From Limosilactobacillus gorillae (lineage in GTDB: Bacteria; Verrucomicrobiota; Kiritimatiellia; RFP12; UBA1067), in contig CAVJWR010000007.1 of the NCBI GenBank assembly GCA_963653155.1, forward strand, positions 1-51,534: DNA of 51,534 nt, written 5' to 3'. Of this stretch, positions 43,055-50,651 are shown in pieces. The position numbers and the translations under genes are program-made. The notes under the pieces are model-generated. The model worked only from the letters and a program-made list of their open reading frames with translations. It was not told the DNA's origin and did no database searches. Each line of letters opens with the position of its first letter. Within the stretch, counting starts at the first letter, position 1.

Positions 43055-43162
43055 ATGAACATGACTTGCTGGATCAGCCTTGGAGTAATCGTCATTGTCG
43101 CACTGGCAATCTTCTGCTGGTGCCGCCGTGGCTGCGGCCATCGCGACAACGATTCCATGTAA
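43055..43162 (+). CDS. 35-aa single-TM Cys-rich peptide
   Basis: AGGAGG lies 6 nt upstream of the ATG. The product is MNMTCWISLGVIVIVALAIFCWCRRGCGHRDNDSM, and the gene starts 25 nt after the preceding stop. Confidence 0.5.
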   Translation: MNMTCWISLGVIVIVALAIFCWCRRGCGHRDNDSM

Positions 43163-43246
43163 TCAACTAACCCGATCGCGACGCGTCGCACAAACTCCGC
43201 GTCGCGACACTGCAAAACGCCAATGTCGCACCTAATGATGCGTCTG

Positions 43247-43288
43247 GCCAGCGGCCCTCACTTTTTGCAAAAAGTGAGGGCCGCTGGC
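43247..43288. terminator. Perfect 42-bp palindrome (hairpin; possible bidirectional terminator or operator)
   Basis: GCCAGCGGCCCTCACTTTTTG/CAAAAAGTGAGGGCCGCTGGC is perfectly self-complementary. It lies between the small-peptide genes and GH88. There is no U-tract after the stem, so terminator function is uncertain. Confidence 0.4.
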
Positions 43289-43381
43289 ATCTCCGAACAT
43301 CCCCGGAGCAAATGGCACCGCAACTGGAAGCCTTGCGGACGCAAATTTTCGAGACGGACGCATTTTGTCCCCATTTTAGTG

Positions 43382-43417
43382 TATAATTTCAGTCAATGAA
43401 AGGATTGGACTGAAATG
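43382..43417 (+). promoter_or_regulatory. -10 element plus leaderless 5-codon uORF ending 1 nt before the GH88 start
   Basis: TATAAT at 43382-43387, then 8 nt, then ATG 43396. The uORF encodes MKGLD, with TGA at 43411-43413. The GH88 ATG is at 43415. Confidence 0.35.
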
Positions 43418-44641
43418 ACACTTACATTGACATTGATGGTGGCGGCCATTCTGACGCCACATGAAACGGAACTCAAGGCAAAGCTCCCCGATATCTTCGC
43501 GAAATCCGCCGCGCACTACCATGCGCTCGACGCGGCGGCAACACCATTGGCCGTGAGCGAGAAAGACCTGCACGAAGGCAGGGAGGCCTCGCGGCTTCAG
43601 TTCCCGCACGGTTTCAAGCGGGCGACCGGCAAGCTGGACATGCGATCCATCTACTGGTGGACTTCCGGGCATTTTCCGGGGACTCTCTGGTATCTCTACG
43701 AGGCGACTGGCGACACGGCCCTCCGTGACCGCGCCATATTCTGGACGGAGCGTCTGGCCCCGAACCAGACCGCCGACACCAACCACGACATCGGATTCAT
43801 CACCTACTGCTCATTCGGCAATGCGCGTAGGATTCTGAAGACCGACAAGTACGATGCCATCCTGTGCAAGACCGCCGACACGCTCACCCGCCGCTACGAG
43901 CCGTCACTGGGCCTCATCCGCAGTTGGGGACGCATAGGCGAAAAGAAGAACTTCCTCGTCATACCCGACAACCTGATGAACCTTGAGCTTCTTGAGTTTG
44001 CCTCGAAGAAGTCAGGAGATCCGCGCTTCGACAAGATCGCGCGCAGCCACGCGACAAAGACGATGGCGAACCACTTCCGCGATGACGGCGGAACGTACCA
44101 CGTCATGAACTACGACCAGCGTCCGGGCTTCGTCGGCTCGGTGCAGGAGATCCGGCGCGGACAGGGCCTTTCTTGCCGCACCGCATGGAGCAGAGGCCAG
44201 AGCTGGGCCATATACGGCTACACGATGATGTACCGCGAGACGAAGGATCCCGCGTACCTTGCGTTCGCGCAGAAGGTGACGGATTACGCGATGAACCATC
44301 CCAACATGCCTGAAGACGGCATCCCGTACTGGGACTTCGGCGCACCAGACGAGGAGCGCGACAGCTCGGCCGGTTCCATCATGGCATCAGGCCTTCTTGA
44401 GCTTGCGGATTTCGTTGGCGGCGAAAAAGGCGCGGCCTATCGCGCGTTCGCCGTAAAGCAGATGCTCTCGCTCGCATCGCCCGCATATTTCTCGGAAGGC
44501 GACGAGATCGGACACTTCCTCCTCAAGCATGGCGTTGGCAGCAAACCGAGCGGTTCCGAAATCGACACGCCGCTCGACTACGGCGACTACTATTTCCTTG
44601 AAGCCCTTATCCGCTTCAAAAATTCCGTCTCGAAAGACTGA
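43415..44641 (+). CDS. GH88 family unsaturated glucuronyl hydrolase
   Basis: WWTSGHFPGTLWYLYEATGD, HDIGFITYCSFGNA, ..NLMNLELL.., ..WSRGQSWAIYGY.. are typical GH88 motifs. Confidence 0.8.
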   Translation: MTLTLTLMVAAILTPHETELKAKLPDIFAKSAAHYHALDAAATPLAVSEKDLHEGREASRLQFPHGFKRATGKLDMRSIYWWTSGHFPGTLWYLYEATGDTALRDRAIFWTERLAPNQTADTNHDIGFITYCSFGNARRILKTDKYDAILCKTADTLTRRYEPSLGLIRSWGRIGEKKNFLVIPDNLMNLELLEFASKKSGDPRFDKIARSHATKTMANHFRDDGGTYHVMNYDQRPGFVGSVQEIRRGQGLSCRTAWSRGQSWAIYGYTMMYRETKDPAYLAFAQKVTDYAMNHPNMPEDGIPYWDFGAPDEERDSSAGSIMASGLLELADFVGGEKGAAYRAFAVKQMLSLASPAYFSEGDEIGHFLLKHGVGSKPSGSEIDTPLDYGDYYFLEALIRFKNSVSKD

Positions 44642-44686
44642 CGGTGAACAACCCACCTCAAAATCTTACATGAAGGGAACGTTTAC

Positions 44687-46594
44687 ATGAACGCAAAAAG
44701 ACATATCGGAATCACGCTGGCGCTGTTCACGGCGGTAGGCATGTCATGGAGGGCATGCGGCTTCCAGGAGATCAACCACGCCCGCGTGGCGGAAATCGCA
44801 AAGATGCTCCCGGAGAAGCCCGGAATACCGGGTGCGCACATATCGGATCGGACGACATGGGATCGTCTGGCAAATACAGGCGCAGGACGCTATCTGATAC
44901 GGAAGGCCGTACGCGAAGCGAAAGAGCCTATCGCGGAATGCACTGATGCACTGTATCTCGAATTCAGCACACCAGGCAACGGAAACCGCACACACTACCA
45001 GAAGCCGTTTTTCAAGCGTTTAGCCACACTTAACCACCTTGTGCTGGCCGAATGCCTCGAAAACAAGGGGCAGTTCATTTCTAAGATTTCAGACTATCTG
45101 CGCACCATCTGCTCGGAGCGGACGTGGTGCCTACCGGCGCATGACCGAGAGCTGAAGGCATTCCGCGGAGAGGTGCAGAACGTGGATCTCGGTGCGCAGT
45201 CACGCGCATTCACCTGTGCGTTCACTGCCTACGTCCTTCAGGGACGTCTGCCGGAGGATGTCGAAAAACTGACGCTCTCGGAACTTGAGCGCCGGATATT
45301 CGCTCCGTTGCGCGAACGGTTCACAAAAGCCAAGTCAGGAAGCGACTGCCGCCCGATGTGGTGGATACAGGGTCCGGCGAACTGGACGGCGGTGTGCCAC
45401 TCCGGAGTCACGCGCGCTGCGCTTGCCGTGCTGGAAAGCCGGGAGGATAGGGCCGTGTTCATAGAGGCTGCCGAGCGTTCCACCAAGACATTCATGACGG
45501 GGTTCACCGAAGACGGATATTGCTCCGAAGGAGTGGGATACTGGTGCTACGGATGGGGCAACTTCCTCACCCTTACGCTCGCCGTGCGCGATGCGACCGG
45601 AGGCAAGGTCAACCTCTGCGGAACGCCCAAGGCCCGCAAGGTGATGGAATTCGGCACAGGCGCCCTTCTCTTCGGCGAGACTGGTCCGGCGTTCGCCGAT
45701 GGAAACGGCGCATTGGACAGCCGTATCCTGAAGCTCGGACACCTCATATGGCCAGACCTTCCCGTCACGCAGAATGCACTGAATCACGAGCCCCTGGAAG
45801 GCGGGATCGAATACGCATTCCTTATGGACTTTGGGCAGTGGAACAGCACACCCGCTCCGGTAGCCACCACATACCCGATCCGCTCCGAATTCCCCGATGC
45901 GCAGATGTGGGTATTAAGGAACGGCACGAGCGACATGCCGTTCCGCATGGCGCTAAAGGGAGGTCACAACAAGGAGTTCCACAACCACAACGACGTAGGC
46001 TCGTATACGCTGTTCATGGGCGAGACGTGGGTCACGGGCGATGCCGGCGGCACCGAGTACAACGCAAAGACGTTCAGCGACCAGCGCTACGAGATTCCGA
46101 TTATCAACTCTTACGGGCACCCATTGCCAGTGTTGAATGGCGCTCTTCAGTCCTACGGCAGGAAATTTGCCGCAAAGGTACTCAAGACGGATTTCTCTGA
46201 CGGAAAAGATGTCATCTCCATGGAGTTGGCTGGCGCGTACAACCGGGAAAAGTCAAAGGCAAACTCGCTTGTGCGTACGTTTACGTATGACCGACTGGCG
46301 AAGTCCGTGACGGTCTCTGATGCGGTCGCATTCGATGACGAAGGATCGTTTTCCGTGGCGATCATCACATGCGGGACGATAGAAAAGGCGGCAGACGGCA
46401 ACTACATCCTGGCGGTCGGGAAGGATGCGGCCAAGCAGAAAATCGCCGTAGAGATTCAGACGGGCGGCATCCCGTTTGAGATGTCATCTGAACGAATCGA
46501 AAACGAAAATAGAATCTCGCCAAATCGCTACGCCATTACGCTGTCAAAAAACGTAAAGGCCGCAACGGTTTCGATCACGTACAAGAAGCCCTAA
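44687..46594 (+). CDS. Heparinase II/III family polysaccharide lyase-like protein
   Basis: 635 aa with a signal peptide. An alpha/alpha-toroid-like N-terminal half is followed by the heparinase II/III-like C-domain motif GGHNKEFHNHNDVGSYTLFMGETWVTGDAGGTEY. Confidence 0.7.
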   Translation: MNAKRHIGITLALFTAVGMSWRACGFQEINHARVAEIAKMLPEKPGIPGAHISDRTTWDRLANTGAGRYLIRKAVREAKEPIAECTDALYLEFSTPGNGNRTHYQKPFFKRLATLNHLVLAECLENKGQFISKISDYLRTICSERTWCLPAHDRELKAFRGEVQNVDLGAQSRAFTCAFTAYVLQGRLPEDVEKLTLSELERRIFAPLRERFTKAKSGSDCRPMWWIQGPANWTAVCHSGVTRAALAVLESREDRAVFIEAAERSTKTFMTGFTEDGYCSEGVGYWCYGWGNFLTLTLAVRDATGGKVNLCGTPKARKVMEFGTGALLFGETGPAFADGNGALDSRILKLGHLIWPDLPVTQNALNHEPLEGGIEYAFLMDFGQWNSTPAPVATTYPIRSEFPDAQMWVLRNGTSDMPFRMALKGGHNKEFHNHNDVGSYTLFMGETWVTGDAGGTEYNAKTFSDQRYEIPIINSYGHPLPVLNGALQSYGRKFAAKVLKTDFSDGKDVISMELAGAYNREKSKANSLVRTFTYDRLAKSVTVSDAVAFDDEGSFSVAIITCGTIEKAADGNYILAVGKDAAKQKIAVEIQTGGIPFEMSSERIENENRISPNRYAITLSKNVKAATVSITYKKP

Positions 46595-46624
46595 AGCTAT
46601 AATCTCTTTGGGATTCAACAAAAG

Positions 46625-46651
46625 GCCGCAACGTTTGTTGCGGCTATTTTT
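46625..46651 (+). terminator. Rho-independent terminator after the heparinase-like gene
   Basis: GCCGCAAC-GTTT-GTTGCGGC (8-bp stem, 4-nt loop) followed by TATTTTT, 30 nt after the stop codon. Confidence 0.7.
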
Positions 46652-46667
46652 GTGGGAAAAATTCAAG

Positions 46668-46757
46668 TGGCGGAGGGGGGGGGATTCGAACCCCCGGTGG
46701 ACTTGCGCCCACACAACCTTTCCAAGGTTGCACCATCGACCACTCGGACACCCCTCC
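46668..46757 (-). tRNA. tRNA-Ser (anticodon GGA), CCA encoded
   Basis: The reverse complement reads GGAGGGGTGTCCGAGTGGTCGATGGTGCAACCTTGGAAAGGTTGTGTGGGCGCAAGTCCACCGGGGGTTCGAATCCCCCCCCTCCGCCA. Acceptor stem GGAGGGG/CCCCTCC. Anticodon stem CAACC/GGTTG with loop TTGGAAA (anticodon GGA). Long variable arm. T-arm GGGGG-TTCGAAT-CCCCC. Confidence 0.9.
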
Positions 46758-46806
46758 TGAAAATTGGCGCAAATTATATCAAACTACGGCAAGATGCGCA
46801 AGCGTG

Positions 46807-48600
46807 TCACGCATGGTCTTTGCCGATGAATTCGCATGGGGCGTGGGATGCGAAAAGCCCGCGCATGAATTGCACCCCGTACCACACGTGCGACAGGAAC
46901 ACTCCCATTTCCGTAACGATCCACTTGAACGGATTCAGCGAAAACGTGGAGATCACCGTGAACAGGATGTAGAACATGAATGGAGCGGCCACAACTGCCG
47001 CCATCGGCCCCAATGCCCCTCCTCCCATCACATTCCGCAAGAGGAAGAAGGCGGCAAGCGACAGAAGGTAGCACACAAAGACGCTCGGCACAAAGTATGA
47101 CAACCTGAAACTTGTCGCAGGGAATCTCTTTACGAAATATCCGCGATGGAAACCATATCTCCCAAGCTGACGCAAGTGAGCGGCGAACAGCGGCCTCCGA
47201 TGGTGGTAGACGAGCGTCCACGGATCATACACTATGCGTCTTTTCGACTTCTTTACGATGTCCTCGCAAAGGAGTGTATCCTCGCCAGGCCAGAAGTCCG
47301 TGCGATAGCCTCCGATTTGCCTGAGGACATCCCTGCGGACGAAAAGGTTGCAACTCGGATAATCCTCGATGTCCTTTCGCACCCTGCCGCCAAGGTATCT
47401 GTAGCGATAGTTGCCCGACACAAAGATGTTCTCGTAAACCCTGCCGCCGCATTTCGCCCAAAAGCCGTCTCCCGGCGGAGTCACGCCAGGGCCACCAAGC
47501 GCACATATCGTCGGCTCTCCAAAATACTTCACGGCATTCTCAAGCCACCGTTCGTCAGGATAGGCATCATCATCAATGAATGCCACGACCTCGCCTTCCG
47601 ATGCGTCGATGCCGACATTGCGCTTCTCGGCAGGACGCACCTTGCCGGTGGGGATCACCTTGAGCCTAAATCCGTAGTCTTTTGTCAGCCTAAAATCTTC
47701 GTCAGGGAGGACAATGACCTCGAAACTGCGGTAGGTTTGCCTATCAAGGGCATCAAGGCACTCGTCAAGCATCCATGATCCGTGCGGACAGGCTATCACT
47801 ACGCTTATGGGCAAATCGCGCTCAAGCGGCGGCGGCACCTCGACATTGGCATAATAGTTCAATATGCGAAGCCTGTAGAATACGGCAAGCGAATCCATGG
47901 ACATTTGGCGCACGGTCTTCGCCGAAAGGGCTCCGAATTTTTCGCCGAACCTGATTACGACCGGCGCTTCCGCGATCTTTGCGCCTCGTCCGTACGCTAT
48001 GGAAAGCAGCTCAAGGTCGAACGCATACGTCTTCACCAGCATCCTGTCAAGAGCATCGCCAAGAACCTCCCGCCTGAAAAGCTTCATGCCGGTTTGCGTG
48101 TCGGTGATCGGCATGCCAATGAAAAGCTTCACAAGCCCAAAGTATACGGCGCTCGCGATGCGCCTGTGCCACGGATATGCGACCTGGGACGCTGGATGTC
48201 TCTTGGAGCCGATGACGATGTCGGCGTGCTCCCGCTCCATTATGTCGAGAAAACCTGGCAGACAGTCGGGGAGTATGTCAAGATCCCCATCGAGCAGAAG
48301 CACCAACCGCCCTGAACTTGCGCGAAAACCCGCCTTCAGTGCATTGCCCTTGCCGCCGTTGCGCTCCAACAGCACGGGATTGCGCTGCGATCCGGACAAG
48401 GCCCAGTCCCGTATGATCGCAGGTGTCCCGTCTGACGATCCATCATCGACGGGAACCATCTCATATGAGACGCCGGTGCCCTTAAGCACCGACTCAACCT
48501 TGTCCAGATTCTTGCGGATCGTGTCCGCAAGATTGAACGTAGGCAATATGACCGACAGGTCTACCACAGCCAGCCCTTGCGCACAATGCGGGCCGTCCAT
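46807..48600 (-). CDS. Membrane-anchored glycosyltransferase with two tandem GT2 (GT-A) domains
   Basis: First GT2 domain: LSVILPTFNLADTI...VPVDDGSSDGT. Second GT2 domain: ISVVIACPHGSWMLDECLDALDRQTYRSFEVIVLPDE...AFIDDDAYP. The tail has C-terminal TM helices. A GTG at 48567 would reduce the overlap with the upstream GH97 gene from 40 to 7 nt. Confidence 0.8.
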   Translation of the reverse strand: MDGPHCAQGLAVVDLSVILPTFNLADTIRKNLDKVESVLKGTGVSYEMVPVDDGSSDGTPAIIRDWALSGSQRNPVLLERNGGKGNALKAGFRASSGRLVLLLDGDLDILPDCLPGFLDIMEREHADIVIGSKRHPASQVAYPWHRRIASAVYFGLVKLFIGMPITDTQTGMKLFRREVLGDALDRMLVKTYAFDLELLSIAYGRGAKIAEAPVVIRFGEKFGALSAKTVRQMSMDSLAVFYRLRILNYYANVEVPPPLERDLPISVVIACPHGSWMLDECLDALDRQTYRSFEVIVLPDEDFRLTKDYGFRLKVIPTGKVRPAEKRNVGIDASEGEVVAFIDDDAYPDERWLENAVKYFGEPTICALGGPGVTPPGDGFWAKCGGRVYENIFVSGNYRYRYLGGRVRKDIEDYPSCNLFVRRDVLRQIGGYRTDFWPGEDTLLCEDIVKKSKRRIVYDPWTLVYHHRRPLFAAHLRQLGRYGFHRGYFVKRFPATSFRLSYFVPSVFVCYLLSLAAFFLLRNVMGGGALGPMAAVVAAPFMFYILFTVISTFSLNPFKWIVTEMGVFLSHVWYGVQFMRGLFASHAPCEFIGKDHA

Positions 48601-50585
48601 CCGCCGCCCGGCGCGAGATCTGCCGTGATCTTGGTAGTTGCCGTGACCGTGCTTGTGGTCTTTGTGTAGTCAGTCGCGTCGCGATCCGCATTGATGCCAT
48701 CCGCGAATATCTCAGCCTTCCACTTGCCCTCACCGAGGAACGGGAACGATATCTCAATCTTGCGTGGCGTCCACGAGTTTATCGCCGACACATACCATTC
48801 GTCGCCCTTGCGCCTTGCCACAACCGCATACTCTTCCATTTCGCCGCCAAGGCCGATCGTCTCATCCCACACGACAGGCACGTTGGCCATGAACGAGAAA
48901 CATTCGCGGTTACGAAGGTACTGCGTCGGCGAATCGCAGAGCATCTGAAGCGGGGCCTCGTAGGCCGTCATCAACGCCATCTGATGCACGCGCGTACCCT
49001 GGCTACCGGGCTGCGCCACGCTTGGGCGATACTGTTCCTTCGTCATGTTGATCATCGCGCCCGGCGTATAGTCCATCGGTCCGGCGCTCATTCTGCCAAA
49101 GAACGAAAGAACGTCGTTGCGAGGGAAGTCAATGGCCTTGGTATCCCACTTTGTGCACTCAAGCCCATGGATGCCCTCATAGTTCAGTACGTTCGGATAA
49201 GTGCGGCTCAGTCCGGTCGGCTTGTGCATTCCGTGATAGTCAATCACGAGTTTCCACTCGGCGGCGATTCTGGCGGTATCCTCAAGGTAGTTCTCAAGTA
49301 CCTGATCGTCACGATCCATGAAGTCGATCTTGAACCCCTTCACGCCCATCTTCGCATATTTGCCGAACACCTCATTCTGCCGCCCGACAAGCTGAGGCCA
49401 AGCGCACCACAGGATGATGCCGACTCCCCGGGCATTGGCGTATTTCACAAGATGCGGCACATCGGTTTCCGGGTTCAGCTCCATCACATTCAGCTTTTTC
49501 GACCAGCCCTCGTCCATTATCACGTATTCCACACCGAACTCGGCGGCGAAATCTATGTAATACTCGTATGTTGCCGTGTTGCATCCGGCCCTGAACGGCA
49601 CACCGGATACATTCCAGTCGTTCCACCATTCCCATGCGACCTTGCCGGGCTTGATCCAATCTGTCTTGGACAGCTTGCACGGAGTGGCAAGGGCATACAC
49701 GATATCAGCCTCGCAGAGCTTCGATTCCGTAGGGGCGAGCATGAATACGCGCCACGGATATGTGCGCGTGCCGACCGTCTCGGCAAGGTAATTCTCGCGT
49801 TCCTTGACTCGGATGTAACGTAGCGGCTTCTCAGCCGAACCGACAACATTCCAGTCACTGTGCTCGACCTTTGACGGATATCTTGCCATGTGCGATTCAA
49901 GGGCGCAAGAGCCATCCTTCGCACGACGGAGATTCCATCCGGGGTAATCAAGCAGATCGCTCTCCGTGACGCACATCACCACTCCATCCGAGTGCTTCAC
50001 AACAAGAGGGAGGTACACCGTCTGGCCGGCGGAAGCGACTCCTGCCGCATTTGTAGTGGTGTACACCGATTCCCAACTGCACTGGAGCGGGTCGCCCCGG
50101 TCACGGCAATATCCGGCATAGACCTTGGCAAGCGGTTCGGAGAACTTGATTCCGGCAGACTCGCCCAGAACCTTGACCTTCCCCGGAAACGCGGTCTCAA
50201 ACCTGTAGGCCACACCGTCGTTCCTGGCCACCATTACGATCTTCCAGCCGCCATCAAACGCAACGGTCGTCTTGTTCGCGCATTCGTCAACCTCCGACTT
50301 CTTGTAGAGCGGAGACGCCACCTTACCCTTCACGCTTATGGTATCCGATGCGGCTACCTTTGCGGAGCTTCCGCCCAAAACACCCTTCCCTTCGATCTCC
50401 ATGGATATTGGCGTTGGCGCAACGCGCTCGACGCCAGCCCTGAGAACCGAATACGAAAGCGTCGGCTCGGTGATCAGCCTGATTTCGTTCAGGCCATCAG
50501 GACTCTTTACGCTGACTGTCTGGGCGGTCAACGTCATAACGCTGGCAAGAGATGCCGCCAGCAAGCAGATCATTTGTTTTTTCAT
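48561..50585 (-). CDS. GH97 family glycoside hydrolase (alpha-glucosidase/alpha-galactosidase type)
   Basis: The start is taken at ATG 50585 (MKKQMICLLAASLASVMTLTAQT), preceded by AAGGAAAGG. Motifs DFAAEFGVEYVIMDEGW, GVKGFKIDFMDRDDQ, IDYHG..KPTG are present. Confidence 0.8.
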   Translation of the reverse strand: MKKQMICLLAASLASVMTLTAQTVSVKSPDGLNEIRLITEPTLSYSVLRAGVERVAPTPISMEIEGKGVLGGSSAKVAASDTISVKGKVASPLYKKSEVDECANKTTVAFDGGWKIVMVARNDGVAYRFETAFPGKVKVLGESAGIKFSEPLAKVYAGYCRDRGDPLQCSWESVYTTTNAAGVASAGQTVYLPLVVKHSDGVVMCVTESDLLDYPGWNLRRAKDGSCALESHMARYPSKVEHSDWNVVGSAEKPLRYIRVKERENYLAETVGTRTYPWRVFMLAPTESKLCEADIVYALATPCKLSKTDWIKPGKVAWEWWNDWNVSGVPFRAGCNTATYEYYIDFAAEFGVEYVIMDEGWSKKLNVMELNPETDVPHLVKYANARGVGIILWCAWPQLVGRQNEVFGKYAKMGVKGFKIDFMDRDDQVLENYLEDTARIAAEWKLVIDYHGMHKPTGLSRTYPNVLNYEGIHGLECTKWDTKAIDFPRNDVLSFFGRMSAGPMDYTPGAMINMTKEQYRPSVAQPGSQGTRVHQMALMTAYEAPLQMLCDSPTQYLRNRECFSFMANVPVVWDETIGLGGEMEEYAVVARRKGDEWYVSAINSWTPRKIEISFPFLGEGKWKAEIFADGINADRDATDYTKTTSTVTATTKITADLAPGGGWTARIVRKGWLW

Positions 50586-50651
50586 CTTGTCATCACCTTT
50601 CCTTAAATCCGTACAGTCAACTGCCGCCGAAAGCATTGGCGGCGCCGATGG

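Noticed and set aside
46595-46806. A mobile-element or integration scar at tRNA-Ser(GGA).
   Set aside because: No integrase, transposase, or obvious direct repeat of the tRNA 3' end was seen in the window. It is kept only as a weak possibility in the findings.
46652-46972. The 106-aa + strand ORF overlapping the tRNA-Ser gene.
   Set aside because: It reads through the antisense of a well-formed tRNA and into the antisense of the GT2 gene, and it has no SD. It is an artefact.
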